Source of the DNA: Lama guanicoe
Taxonomy: Eukaryota
NCBI GenBank assembly: GCA_013239625.1
Contig: MU054220.1
Coordinates: 3,473,374 to 3,537,373 of the forward strand
Direction: 5' to 3'
Length of the DNA stretch: 64,000 nucleotides
Below are positions 12,640-25,193 of this stretch, in pieces (the first letter of the stretch is position 1; each line of letters opens with the position of its first letter). The notes beneath the pieces are model-generated. The model saw only the letters and a list, made by a program, of their open reading frames with translations. It was not told the DNA's origin and made no database searches. The position numbers and the translations under genes were made by a program.

Positions 12640-14075
12640 TCCAGGCTTAGAAGCAAGGACACCCCAAGAACAACGTGCACATCTAATGCTCAGAGATTTG
12701 ATTTCTAGGTACCATTTCTCACTGAAACAAATCAGAGCTCCTAGGAGAGATGGCTAGAACATCTTTTTTTTTGTACCAGAAAGTAAGGAAGTCCTAAAAG
12801 AAGGACAAAGAGTCTGAACGGGCTCCCGCTGGCCAAATCTAGGGCAATTTAAAGCTCAAAATGAATAATGCTGGGAATGGACTAGAACACACTGAAGGGA
12901 AAAAAAAAGAATCCACGAGTCCACGCTGATAGTAAAAATAACTGTAAAATGAGGGATGGGGTGGGAGAGAAAGTTGACCACTGTTTTTTTAACCAAAGAA
13001 TGTCAAGTCACAAATGTAGAAGGAATGGTTAAAAATCATTTCAAACCAAGAAAAATAATTGATACAGACAAGAATCATCAATAGTTGCTAAGACCACTGG
13101 GTTAAAGAGAAGACAAACGGACCTCGCGTTTTCCTGTTATCTGTAGTGAGAAAGACACAACATCCTTGGTGCCAAAAATCTAGAATCTGAATCTACTGTA
13201 GAGAAACAATCAGACAAATCTAAAACGTGGAACATTCGGCAAACAACTGCCCTGAACTCCTCCAAAGTGTCAATATTGCGAAAGAGAAAAAAACAATGCA
13301 GGGAAACTGTTCTAGGATAAAGGAGACTAATGAGACATGACAACTAAATGCAATGTGTGATGCTTGAGTGGGTCCTGAATGGGGGGGAAACTATAAAGGC
13401 CATTACTCAGGGCAATTGGGAAAATCTGAATATGGATTATAGTTGAGACAGTACTGTATCCATGGTTAAACTTCCTGAACATAATAATTATATTGTGATT
13501 ATATCGGACAGGGGTCAGCAAGCAACAGCCGGCAGGTCAAATCCAGCCCCTCATCCTTTTTCATACAGCCTGGGAGCTAAGCATGGTTTTGCTTGCTTTT
13601 TTAATGATTGAAAAAAAAAATTTAGGGGGTATCATTTCACTTGTTAGATTTTCAAAATGTATACGAAATTTCAATTTCATTTGAAGTGATATGAAATTCC
13701 TATTTCAGTGTTTATAAATGAAGTTTTATTGGAACCCAGCCACGCTTATTCATTTATGTGCCACCTATAGTTGTCTTCACTGTACGATGACAGAGCTGGC
13801 CAGCGGTGACAAGGGCCGCACGGCCCACGAAGCCTAATATCTGTAACTATGTCTCAAACAGTTCAGAAAATACAAATGAAAAGACTGTGTGTGCGCGTGT
13901 GTGCGTGTGCGCATGCACACGTGTACCTACACGGGCCTGGGGGTAGATACATAGAGAGAAATTTAAGCAATTGTTATAAAAGGTTAGCAATAGGGGAATC
14001 TAGACACAGGGTGTGTAGCTGTTAATTGTACTGTTCTTGTAACTTTTGTATAGAGTTTGAAATTTTCAGAATTTA
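12640..14075 (+). mobile_element. L1MC4-like 3' region containing MER58B
   Basis: agaagcaaggacacccc..gctcagagatttgatttcta, gagacatgacaactaaatgcaatgtgtgat, ttgtactgttcttgtaactttt..gtttgaaattttc. Confidence 0.75.
13509..13845 (+). mobile_element. MER58B (3' end eroded)
   Basis: caggggtcagcaa terminus; aagttttattggaacccagccacgcttattcattta. Confidence 0.85.
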
Positions 14076-15334
14076 GGGTTAATAGAAATTAACAAACGTG
14101 AAAAGCACGTGCTCATACTCTCACATACACAAAAGTCCAACCTGTCTCAAATATCCCTTCTTTCCTTTCCTTCCTAGAACAGCCCATTATGCTTCCCTTT
14201 GCTGAACGCCCCCCAAGCTTGGTCAGACCTGCCTGCTGCCGCTGACGTCACAAAACACTGCAAGTGTCTGCTTACACTTCATCTATCCCAGCTACTCGGG
14301 GGTTTTCGGACTCTGTTCTGGAGGGCGTGCCACGAGCTTTTGCACATGCAATTTCCAGTTTTAAAACAAATCTCCATTTTATGATGGACGCTGAAATGGA
14401 ACACACTGAAACACCATTTCACGTCTGCTTCTCCCCGGAACAGTAGGAGTCTGGCAGGCGGACAGGCTGGCTGACAGCAGGTGAACAATCCCACCACATT
14501 GTGTCCTCTTTGTAAGGAGCCCTGGGAAATCTCCCACCCAACATTTACCCAGCAAAGCAGACATCCTCGGGAGCTACCTGGGGCTTCTCATGTTATGGCT
14601 GGAGAGCACTGGTAGCTAAGCAGGCTCGCCTTTTCCCACTGGCTGCCGGATTTGGACCCTCTATAGCTAAAAGTACACAGACGGGTCATTATGGTATGCA
14701 TTTTTAGCCTCATTCCTGGCTCCATTTAGGGTCTCCACCCTTGTTTTTCTTTCTTCTCTCTCTCCCAGTTTTAATATGCTATCATGTTATATTTTATATA
14801 TCCTGCTAGGCTGCCCTAAATCCCTTCTGGAACCAGACTGGGTCTAAGTGAAAAACTGAAATAGAAACCCTGTGCTGGCCTCCTCTTTCTTCTGCCTCTT
14901 TACCAAACCATATGGCTGCCTGGCACTCTCTCCCCGAGCACCTCATGCCTGCAGCATCGTCCCTGGCCTGCAGTGTCTGAGGGCAGCCTGGCAGTCTTGG
15001 CAATGACTTATGGAGACAAGTAAGTAGAGGAAGGAGCACTTCTTTTCTAAACAGCCAGAACTGAGTGCAAAACTCCTTTTTAATGATTCCTTCAAGAAGG
15101 ACATGAAGGAGGGATGCAAAGTGGAAATGGTCATTTGGTTCATCTATACCCAGGCCCTGTCCCTGCACTGCACTGTACACAGCGGGATCAGTTTTCTTCT
15201 GGGTTGAGAGAGATCAAGAGGGAACTTGTACTGGGCAGGAAGGATGAATGGAACAGAGTCAACCAAGGCTGGGAGGTAGGAATAGGCAAGACAAGTAAGG
15301 GAGATGGAGAGGACCAGGAGGCCAAATGAGAAGG

Positions 15335-15560
15335 TGGGTTCTAGAGTCAGACTGCCCAGGTGTGAATCCCAGCTCAGCTACTCACTAGCAGTTTAGCTTT
15401 GTGCAGGACTCACCCTCTCCAGGCCTCAGTTTTTTCAGCTGTGCAATGGATAGAATAAGACCTCCTTCACAGAGGCATCGCTGGGATCAAATGAGATCAT
15501 GCTGTGAAGTGCTGAATATAGACCCCGCCACACAGTAAGAGCTCAGTACACGTTAATGGC
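15335..15560 (+). mobile_element. MIR
   Basis: tagagtcagactgcccaggtgtgaatcccagctc..gcctcagttt..gggatcaaatgagatcatg. Confidence 0.85.
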
Positions 15561-17054
15561 TATGCTCACCCTTACGGTATCACCACCCCTCCCACTGGGG
15601 GAGCCACCTCTCCCCCCTCTCTCACCATTCAGCCAGCCCATCATCTGAGCAGGCAGAGCTCTTCCTCATTCCTATTTTGCCCCAACTGAGGATGGACATG
15701 CACGCGCGCGTGCGTGCACACACACACACAGGCACTGTTCAAGCCATTTTGCACATCTGTTCTCTCTAGATCTTCAACGCCTCTCACTTCTTTGGATCAC
15801 AAAAGTCAAAGCCTCCATATGGTCCTGCGACCTCCAGCCACACCCTCCCCGCACCCATCCATATGTTGCAGCTCAGAGGCCCTTGGAAGGAACCTCCAAG
15901 GGAGCAACATTGCTGCCTCTGATCCCACCCTTGAACCACGGGCCACGCCCACTCTTGATGGGTGGAGCTGGTCTGTGACCAGGCTGCAAACTCCAGGGCT
16001 TCCTGTTCTCCCTTTTTTCCAGATCCCAGACCCATGCCAGGCCACAAACTTGGGGAAGCTGCCTTTAGAGACCCCAAGCTTGCCTTGCTAGGCTGTCCCA
16101 AGGGGCAGAGTCTGGTGAGGGGAGGAGGGGGTCCCGTCAGCCCTTTGGGCATGACACTAGATTTCCTCCCCTGAGACCTTCCCACAGGCTGAGAAGCCAT
16201 CAACCTCCTCTCCTACACATCCTTCAAGACCCATCCCCAATCTGCGCAGCCAAAACCGGAAGCTCCTGCTCAGGGCCTAGTACCTGGGAATTGTTCTGTG
16301 TCTGAGGCTGGATTGAATCTGGACCACATTCAGTGAATGAATATATATATTCGTTGAATATAACCACATTCACTGCTCCCCCTCCTCAGGTGTGTCTCCC
16401 CAAGAAGGAACTCCTTAGATCCTCCAGCATCACACAGACGTGCTGTCTTTGAAGGAACCCCAGGTCTGCCAGGTACCAGCGATGGACGTTGGAGCCTCTT
16501 ACTTAACCTCTTCAGTTCTGGGTTCGCTCATCTGAAGGAGAGGGGCAGCCACCTTCACCCAAGGGACTGTTTTGAGGGAGAATGTTGTATACACTTAACA
16601 TATAATAATTGCTCAAGGAGCAGTCAGACTTTTAAAACAAGTCGGTTACCCTTGCTGGCTCCCTCTTTTCACCTCCTGCTCTTACTTCAATCCACAGCAA
16701 TGTGGCATTCACCCTTGAAACCGCCCCTGCCAAGGACACCAAGACCTGAGTGTGTCACCTGAGCTAATAGGCTCTCGGTCCTCAAGATTCTCACCCACTG
16801 CAGCCCTGACCCCACCACCCAGCCCTTCCCTGGACTTCAGTTGCATAAATTTATATGCTTGGTCTCCGTCCCCTTCGTATCCAGGCATCTCCCTGCAGCT
16901 GCAGACCCCCACACACTGACGCGCCCTGGGACAGCTCCACCTAGCATCTCATTGGCACCTCCAGCTCTACGCACCCCAACCTCCATTCTCCCCAATCTCA
17001 GGTCACCTCTCTGCACATTTTAGCAGATGTCCCCACAAACACACAAGCCCACTG

Positions 17055-17490
17055 GATTAGTGTCCTCTTACTGCTATACCAAATGGCCACAAATACAGTG
17101 ACTTAAGACAACACAAATTTATTGTCTCACTTTTCTGAAAGTAAGAAATCCTAAAATCAAGGTGTCGGCAGGGCTGAGTTTTTTCAGAAGGCTTGAGGGA
17201 AGAGTCTGTTTCCCGGCCTTTTCTAGCTGCCTGCATGTCTCAGCTCCTGCCTCCTTCTCTATCTTTCAGCAGCAGAGCATCTTCCAATCTTTTCTTCCTC
17301 TCCTGCCTTTCTCCTATAAAGATGCTTATAATTACATTGGGCCCACCCTGATCATCCAAGATAGTTTCTCCATCTCAAGATCCTTAATTTAGTCACACAT
17401 GCAAAGTCCCTTTTACCAAACAAGATAACAACACTTTCACAGGTTCCAGGGATCGGGACACAGCCATCTGTGGAGAGCCATTATTTGGAG
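17055..17490 (-). mobile_element. MaLR LTR (MLT1C/D-like)
   Basis: gacttaagacaacacaaatttattgtctcac..aaatcaaggtgtcggcagggctg; gggcccacc..atccaagatagtttctccatctcaagatccttaat. Confidence 0.85.
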
Positions 17491-17864
17491 AGCCCAGCAT
17501 GCTTACCTTCCTTCATCTGCTCCAAATCTCTAGGAGATCCTCCAGGGACAGAAGAAAGGTTGATCCACCTCCTTTCCACATCCAAGGTCTCCATGTGACC
17601 CTTCTCTGGTAATACAAAAGCTTACCCATCGTGCCTTTTCTTCACTCTATATCCAACCATTTCCTCAGCAGGACTCCCTCCACTGGGGTTTTTTTTTTTT
17701 AAGGAAGTTAACATCTCATGAACAAACTCCCTAGCTCCTAGTCTTCCTTCAACCATCACCCTTCCTGTCTCTCTCCTCTGCTTCGTATCTCTAATCAAAC
17801 CTCTGAGAAGTACCTATATGGGTCACCTCCACTCTAATAAGGTTCCCATCTCATTACCCTTCTG

Positions 17865-18095
17865 CAGGATTTCTCAACCCTGGTGCTATTGACAAGTGAG
17901 GCCAGACCACTCTTCGTTGTAGGAGGCTGTCCTGTGCGTTAGGAAAGGTTGAGCTGCATCCCTGGCTTTGACCTTCTAGATGCCAGGAGCATAGCCCCAT
18001 CTCAAGGTGTGATGGCCCAAAATACCTCCAAACATTTCCAAGTTTCTCAGAAGGGGGACAGGGGGTACACATTGCCAGGTTGACAACCACAGTCT
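17865..18095 (+). mobile_element. MER20 (hAT-Charlie)
   Basis: tttctcaaccctggtgctattgaca..ggctgtcctgtgc..gcatccctgg..ctagatgccag..ggttgacaaccac. Confidence 0.85.
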
Positions 18096-18099
18096 TATA

Positions 18100-19920
18100 G
18101 TGACAGATCTTGCTGAAGTCGCCAATGATGTCCCTGGCACTAAATCCAGTGGACACTTTTGAGCCCTCCTCTTGCCTGGCTTCTCAGCAGAATTTGACAC
18201 TGTTGGACATTCTGGCCTTCCCACCTCTCGGGCTCCTCTTGCTCTGCCTCCCGTGCAGGATCAAGCTCCCCTTCTGCACAGCTGTTGAAGTTCCTCAAAG
18301 CTTAGTCCTAGGCCCTCTCCATCTCTCTTAGCCCGTTCTCCCTGGGGCCTGCCCTCCACTCCTCTGGCCCCGCTGACCACCTCTGCATAGATGACTCACC
18401 AAGTGACATCTCCAGACTTCCTTTCCACGCTCTGAACCCATGTATCTAACTGCCTAGTCGACATCACCACTTGGATATCCTGACATCACTCTAAACTGAA
18501 GTCCAAAACCCAAATCAGGATCTTTCCCCCAACCTAGTTCCCTTCTGGCATTCCCCATTCTCAGAAAAAGGCACTATTCCTGACTTGTAGGGAGAGGAAC
18601 ACCGCAGGAGGGGTTCCTGACATTTCCCTCTCCCTTACTTAAGCCAACTGGTCTCTTTCCAAGTCAAATCTCTTTCATCTCTGAAACAGTTTACAAACCA
18701 GTTCACCTGTCTCCATGTCTCTGCTCCACCCTAGCCCAAGCCTCCACCATCGCCGCCTTAGACAGTGACCACAGCCCCCTGATGACCAAAACTTCCATCC
18801 CATTAGTTTGCCAGCCTGCAGCCAAAGTCATCCTTTCAAAACATAAATGAAAGCTTTTCATTGCTCTTAAAATAGAGAACGAAAGTCACAGTTCAGCCCA
18901 CTGGGCTCTATATGACCAAGAATCTGTCTCCTCCAGGCCCTGTGTTTGCAGCACTCCAGGCACGCTGACCTTCCAGTTGCTCAAACACACTGTGCTCTCT
19001 TCTGCCACAGGACCTTTGCCCATGCTGTTCCGTCCATCTCCATGCCGTTCACCAATTATCACCTGGCGGGCATTCTCTTCTTTCAATCACAGCCTATAAG
19101 GAAGCCTTCCCTGACTTCTGACCACATCAGATCCCTTGTTTGTTCACTAGTCTCCTAGCCTCACTGTCTCCATCAGCTTTCAGAGTCATCATTTTACATG
19201 CACTTATCTTACTCTTTAATTCATTCCATCCTCCCCACAATAAACTCTAGGAGTGCAGGACTAATGTCTGATCTGGCCCACCATTGTGTCCCCAGAGCCA
19301 ACCCAGTGCTGGGCACAAAGGAAACCCTTTGGGTTTACCTAGTAATTAATGAATGACCTTTCTCCCCATTAGCCTGCCTTTCTCTATTGTCCTCTTATTT
19401 ATGTTCAAGTTTGATGCCTGAAAGTCATCTTTGATAATCCTTTCTTTTTGGATCTTTAAAAATCCTTTTTCCTCACCCTCACATCTTGTCTACCAACAAA
19501 TCTTGAGGATTCTCCCCGCTAAATCTCTCCCAGATGTGATCATCTCTAGTACCCGAGTTTAAGCCACCATCTTTCCTTATGTAAACCCCCACCCCAGCCT
19601 CTTACCTAGAATCCCAGTCCTCCATCCTGCAACCCACCAACTCATACCTCTGCCTGTAATGCTCTGATGGCTTCCCCTGGCCCGCAGGATGAAGGATGCA
19701 CTTGTCACGGCATGCGAAACATAGCAGGATCTGGCCCCTGCCTCCTTCTCCTGCCAATTCTTGCCACTTTGTCTCCGGCTTACTGCTGTCACCCCACTGG
19801 ACTTCTCAGGGGTCCTGTCTCTCAGGTGTTCTGTCTGCTTGGATCATTTTTCCATGCCCCTTCCACTAAATGCCACTCATCCTTCAAGTCTCAGACTAGA
19901 GGAAATCTTGCCCAAACCCC
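18100..19920 (+). mobile_element. L2 fragments
   Basis: tcctaggccctctc, ctctgcatagatgactc, tatctaactgcctagtcgacatcaccacttgga, acaggacctttgcccatgctgttcc; 3' end near 19240-19355. Confidence 0.75.
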
Positions 19921-20702
19921 TCAAGTAGACCACGAACAACAACAATAATAATAGCTGATATTCACCGTGTGCTCGCTAAGGGCAAGCAGGACTCAGAACT
20001 CTGCAGTGACGACTCAGCTCATCTTCACCGTCAGCTATGATTATGCCGGCACAAAGGCTGAATGACTTGTCCAAGATCGCATTAGATAGTAACTAGCAAA
20101 CCTGGCTGATGTAATGAACTTGGGCTCCAGCTCCCAAATTCCTGAGCACTGTGAACGCTGCCATCTCCCTCTACTCCCAGAGCGTCCTGTATTCCCCCTT
20201 CAGTAGCTACTGTCACATGTGCGTGTCCTTGTTCACAGCCTGTTCTCCCCACCAGACTGCCCACTCCCTGAGGGCAGGGACCATGTCTGTCTCACTGGAG
20301 GCTTTACCTAGCACCAGGCATTACTGCTTTTTCAGCTGAACGTCACACTCTGCATCGCCACAGCGCCCAGCTCCAGGTCACCCACTCCAGAGGAGGGCTT
20401 GGGTAAACCATAAATGTCATACAATGGCCCACCAGACATACACATGAGGATTCACGGGGAAACTGCCCCACCGCTGGTTCTGCTGACTACTGCCAGATGG
20501 GGCTCCTCCACATGCCCCTTGACCACCAAGGGTCACAGCCACTCAGCCTCAGTAAGGGGACAGCAAGATCCATCATCCACGAGTCCGGGAGTGATGGCAG
20601 AAAAGCTCTGGGGCCAGGCTGGGCCAGCGTAGGGCTCCCCCTGCTGGTTTCCTTCCATGTTCGTGGCGCCCTCTTCCCAGGCACAGCCCAGGAGACACTC
20701 AC

Positions 20703-20965
20703 CAGCCACGAGAAGAAGCCAGCTGATTTGTCCTGGGTGGAGATCTGTCCCTCATAGGGACCGAAGATGTGGCCCTTGGGGATGACCTCATTTATGCATC
20801 GCACGTCATTCTCCCCACTGGCTTCCTTGACCACCTCCATGCCCTGGGGGATGGTGAGGGCGGCCCGGTCTGGGATGCCCACGGGCACCGGCGTGTCAGA
20901 CACAAACACCGGGGGACCGTGGTTCGGGCACTCATCCACAAAGTACTCCTGGCAGGACTCGCAGA
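20703..20965 (-). CDS. PRDM11: PRDM11 third coding exon: PR zinc knuckle ([15 protein letters not shown]) and N-terminal part of the PR/SET domain (...[27 protein letters not shown])
   Basis: Acceptor ctccag ending at 20966; donor CTG|GTGAGT at 20702. Length 263 nt, cumulative 486 nt (phase 0). Contains the CxxC-x7-CxxH knuckle and the FGPYEG motif of PRDM proteins. Confidence 0.97.
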
Positions 20966-21529
20966 CTGGAGGGATGGAAAGAGGAAAGAGAGCCTCAGTT
21001 GCTGCAGAGAGGAAAGACCCCCACGGAGGTGGCTGAGGGGCTGATGGGACGCCTACCCTGAGGACAGCATCGGGCAGTAGAAAGCACACAGCAGGGGACT
21101 CGGGAGTCCCAGCCCTGGCTCCATCCCAGCCAGCCACAGGCCCCTGAGTCTTCTTCAGTAGCCAATAACCCACTATCTTCCGTGAGGGCTCAAAGGACAT
21201 GCCTGCCAACGCTAAGGAAGCCAGTAGCTCCCTTTGTTTCAAATTTGAAAAAACAGAAGAAAGACCATGACTGGAGTCAGATGGGTCTGGCATCTGTAGG
21301 GGGATTTAACCCTCACCGAGCCTCAGTGTCCTCCCCTAGAAAATGGGACCAAATAATAGACACCTCGGTGGCTGATGGTGAGGATGAACTGAGGTCTGGA
21401 CCTGTGTCTGGTACATCATAGGTGAAGGCATGTCATGACTATTATGACTGCTGATTCCCTAACCAGGGGTGGGGTGGGGGGTGGGGGTGAAGGGCAGAGT
21501 AGCCAAGAATAGCCCCAAGCTCCACTTAC

Positions 21530-21633
21530 ACCAGAAGTCCACTTGCTGGAAGCTTTTGGGCATGATGAGGTCACGCTTCCCCTTCAGTTTCTTGGGCTCC
21601 ACTTCCATGGCCGATGGGTCTGATCTCCTAGAG
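21530..21633 (-). CDS. PRDM11: PRDM11 second coding exon ([36 protein letters not shown])
   Basis: Pyrimidine tract and acceptor ggccag ending at 21634; donor T|GTAAGT at 21529. Length 104 nt; the phase joins TG+C=Cys and T+TC=Phe. Peptide matches PRDM11. Confidence 0.96.
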
Positions 21634-21994
21634 CTGGCCAGGACAGGGGCCAGTAAAGAAAGCAAAGAAGCCATCAGAGTGAGAGGCTGGTGGGCGGAGA
21701 AGCCAAGGACTTGGCCAGGAGGCTCTGGGGCTTCGGGGCAGGTGGAGGAAGCCCAGCCAGACTGCTCATTCATTTGGTGCAGGAGGTAGTGGAAAGGTAG
21801 GAGTCCAGAGGCTCAGGCCTTCTTGGGCCACTGCTTGGGTTTTTCTAGAGCCTGCGCTCACCTCTGGTCCCAGGAGCTGCCCAAAGCAGGGGAAGAAGAT
21901 GAGCAAAGAGGAAGGTCTCGCCTCAGGGTCTCCAATCAACCCAGCCCAGTGATGCCCCCCTTCTCCCTCTCCTGTCCCCCAATAGGGGCCTCAC

Positions 21995-22113
21995 CAGGGT
22001 TGGCCATACTCCTGGTCGCGAAGTGGTGAGCAGACCTCTGTCTTCACCACCGTCACCATCTCCCCCACGGCCGCCTTGGTCTGCGCCAAGCACTCCTTCA
22101 TGTTCTCAGTCAT
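21995..22113 (-). CDS. PRDM11: PRDM11 first coding exon ([40 protein letters not shown]); exon begins at 22119 with 6 nt of 5' UTR (GACAGA)
   Basis: Translation matches the recalled human PRDM11 N-terminus ([40 protein letters not shown]). Acceptor ccccag at 22125-22120, ATG at 22113-22111 with A at -3, donor TG|GTGAGG at 21994. CDS part is 119 nt (phase 2). Confidence 0.96.
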
Positions 22114-22699
22114 TCTGTCCTGGGGACGCGAAGGCGGGACCAGCACAGGAAGAGGATCAAAGAGACAGGGGAAGAGGGGTGAGTGGCGGAGAGGGCAAGC
22201 GGGGGTCCCGTGGAGTCTGGTTACCCTCCCTGCCATCCCCAGAGGAAGCGCTTGAGAACACAGACAACAAAAACAGCTGTAGCCCGGCCAAGAGGAAATG
22301 CCATTTCTATCCCAGGCTGGTCCTGGGGACGACTGGAGCCACCAGCCCCATGGGGTCAGGGGCCGGGAGGAGCTCAGGCCAGGAGGCAGAGCTGGGAAGC
22401 ACAGCCTGGATCCCAAGACCAAAGGGCAAAATGTAGGAGGGACCCACAGGAGCCTAGGCACAAAACTCTGCAATGATGAGCAGGGGAGGGATCCACAAAG
22501 GTCCCGCTGGGGCCAAGGGGTGCAGGCAGATGAAATGAGCCCGGCGCTCCTGGCAGCTCAGCCCCTCACCCAGGGGCGGCCAGGGAATGCTGCCAGGCTC
22601 GCTTTGCCAGCTCAGAGCAGGTACAGGCGGGGCCTGGGGGTCCTCGTGTGGGCCGGCCCTGACTCCAAGCCCCACCCAGCTCTCTCTAGGGGAGTCTCC

Positions 22700-23680
22700 C
22701 TAGTCCGTAGCTTACCGCCCTCCTCCACCACCGCGCCGGGCTTCAGCCCCTCCCTTGGCACCCCAGGGTCCTCATGCCAAGCCCCGGGACACTCTTCAGG
22801 CCAGGACAGCGCTCAGCTCGGGCTGGAGCGCGCTCGGCCCCGGGACTGGGCGAGCAGCGTGTGTGACTCACTACCCGGGGCCCCGCTGGCCACACCCCTG
22901 CTCCTCGGCTAATCAGCCCCCTGCTCCCCACCGGGGCCCCAAAGCCGCCGGCAGCGGGGAGGGGTGTGGGGAAACGTGACGGCCTGCCCCCTCCTCCGAG
23001 CCGGCGGGCCCTGGGGGCGCGCGGAGGGGGGCGGGGGCGGCCCGGGCCGGGCCAAGCCGCCCCGCCAGCGGCCGCGTGTCCGGCGGGGAAAGTGTGAGAT
23101 CCCGCGAGCGGGCCGGGGCGGCGCACGGGTCTGGCGCAGGGGCGGCGCGGGGGGCCGGGGAGGGCGCGGGCTCGCTCTCTCCCTCTCACCAACCTTCCCG
23201 GCGGGGCGCTCCCTGCCCGGCCCGGCCCGGCCCGGCCCGGCCCGGCCCTGCCCAGCGCCCGCCCCCCGCCCGCCAGGCCCGGCATTCCTTGCGGGGGCAT
23301 GTGGCTTCTTGCCGGCCCCGGGGGCACGCAGTTGGCTGGCGGCCGGGAGGGGGGCGCGCGGGGAGCGGGAGGAAGCGGGCGTCCGGGAGGGGCCCCGCCT
23401 GGGAGGAATTCCAGCCCCTCCCGCGGGGCTCAGCCCCCACGCGGGCCGGGGGGCGCCGGGCGGGCGTCTGGTGAGGAAGATAGCGCGGGGGAGGCTGGGC
23501 CCCGCGGCCCACCGAGCGCCCTCCCAGCCTCGGCAGCCCACTGGGCTCCGTGGCGGCGCGGCCAGAGGGACGCCGGACACCCAAGTCTCCGGCCACCCAC
23601 CGCACGCACGCCCCTTTCCCCACCTGTGCGGCCTAGGGTGAGGATCCGCATCTGCCAGGGGCCGCACGCTTGATGCTTAG
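22700..23680. promoter_or_regulatory. Second (intragenic) CpG island ~0.6 kb upstream of the ATG exon; possible alternative promoter
   Basis: Very high GC and CpG density, multiple GGGCGG/CCCGCC boxes, (CCCGG)6 run. Confidence 0.82.
23216..23248. repeat. (CCCGG)6 pentanucleotide repeat in CpG island
   Basis: Directly visible. Confidence 0.9.
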
Positions 23681-24190
23681 CTGACCTCACAGCCCACAGA
23701 AGGGTCCCCAGCCACCCATGAGGGGGCAGAGGTTGGGGGGTCACGGAGCCAGGAACCTAGTGCTGGAAGATGTCAAGTGACTCGCTCAAGGTCACGCAGT
23801 CCATTCTTGGAGAAGACTGGACTGGAGCCTGGGGCATTCTCAGAGTAAATTGGTAACAGGAGAACCCCTGTTGTAAGCGTTTTTGATTCAGGGCTGGTTC
23901 ACCTCCATGCCACACCCTTAGCCGTCTTCTTCCAGAAGGATGGCTGGACTCACCCTTGGGTCCTTAGGTGGGTTCAGGCCTCAGCCCACAGGTCCAGATG
24001 GGGGCAAGACCGAATGGATTTGTAAAGGCTCACTGAACACCCCTGCCCTGAGTAGCACTTCTCACCTGGATGGACAACATTCACACACAGCACATCCTGA
24101 GGCAGTTAGTTTAGAGGTTAGCAGCCTGCGCACCCAGATCCCACTGCCTGTGTTCAAACCCCACTGATTGGCTATGCGACCCTGGGCAGG

Positions 24191-24589
24191 TGTTAAGGAC
24201 TGAAAGTTTGTGTATGCCCCATCAAAAAAAATAATAAATAAATAAATAAATAAATTCCTATGTTAAGCCCTAACCCTCAATGTTTCTGTATTTGGAGACC
24301 GGGCCTGTGAGGAGGTGATAAAAGTTAAATGAGGTCATAAGAGTAGGGCCCTAATCCAATAGGTCTGGTGCCCTTTAAGAAGGGGAAGAGACACCAGGGC
24401 GCTCTGTCAGGTGAGGACAGTAGGAAGGCAATAATCTGCAAGCCTGGCAGAGAGCCTTCACTGGAAACCAAATTAGCCAGCACCTTGATCTTGGACTTCC
24501 CAGTCTCCTAAACTGTGAGAAATAATGTCTATTGTTTAAGCCACCCAGTCTATGGCATTTTGTTATGACAGCCTGAGCTGACTAAGACA
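24191..24589 (+). mobile_element. MLT1A-like solo LTR inserted into a MIR
   Basis: TG...CA termini (tgttaaggactgaa ... gctgactaagaca); near-TSD gcagg/gcagt; MIR halves on both sides. Confidence 0.88.
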
Positions 24590-25193
24590 GCAGTTTTCTG
24601 ACTTCTTCCGTTTCTTCATCAGGGAAACGGTGATTCTATCAAATATTAGATTCTATCACAGACATTGCTGTATTAAACGGACAGAGATGAGTTTGGAGAG
24701 AACTCGGCACAGTCCTTGTATCCACTGAAGAAAGCTCATCGAGAAGGTGGGGATGAGTGACATCATTAAGCAGTGGTTTTGAATTCTCACCATTGGATTT
24801 GATTTAAGTCAGCCATTTGCAAACTCTGGGACTATATTAGGAACTGACTGCTTGGGACCATTTTGCATGGAGCTCTCGTGCTCTGGCCCCTCTGCCTTCC
24901 CCTGGCTCCACCTGTATGCCATGCTCCATCCCGCCAGGGGCCTGTGAATTTGCTGTGTACTCCACCTACAGCACACCTGGAAAACTCCTACCCATCCTTC
25001 AGCCCTTACTGCCCCTCCATACCCTCTTTAGCCCCATGTTCTTCTCCTCATGTCACCCTTAGAACAGTCTTTTGTTAGCATGATTATTTGATTAATGTCT
25101 GTTTCCCATAAGAGGTTATGAGCTCCCCAAGGACAGAGTGCAGGCGTTTCTGTTCACCACGGACTGGCCAGCCCTTGCAACAGTTCCTGGCAT

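Noticed and set aside
20487..21293. 268-aa ORF as a single-exon gene
   Set aside because: Only 20703-20965 matches PRDM11 and it is bounded by canonical splice sites; the flanks are intronic read-through.
23716..23729. CTCF-like CCATGAGGGGGCAG at the island edge
   Set aside because: Two core mismatches; cannot be supported without a PWM score or ChIP data.
22298..23744. Many overlapping 100-250 aa ORFs on both strands
   Set aside because: Stop-codon depletion in a CpG island; Pro/Gly/Arg/Ala-biased with no family motif.
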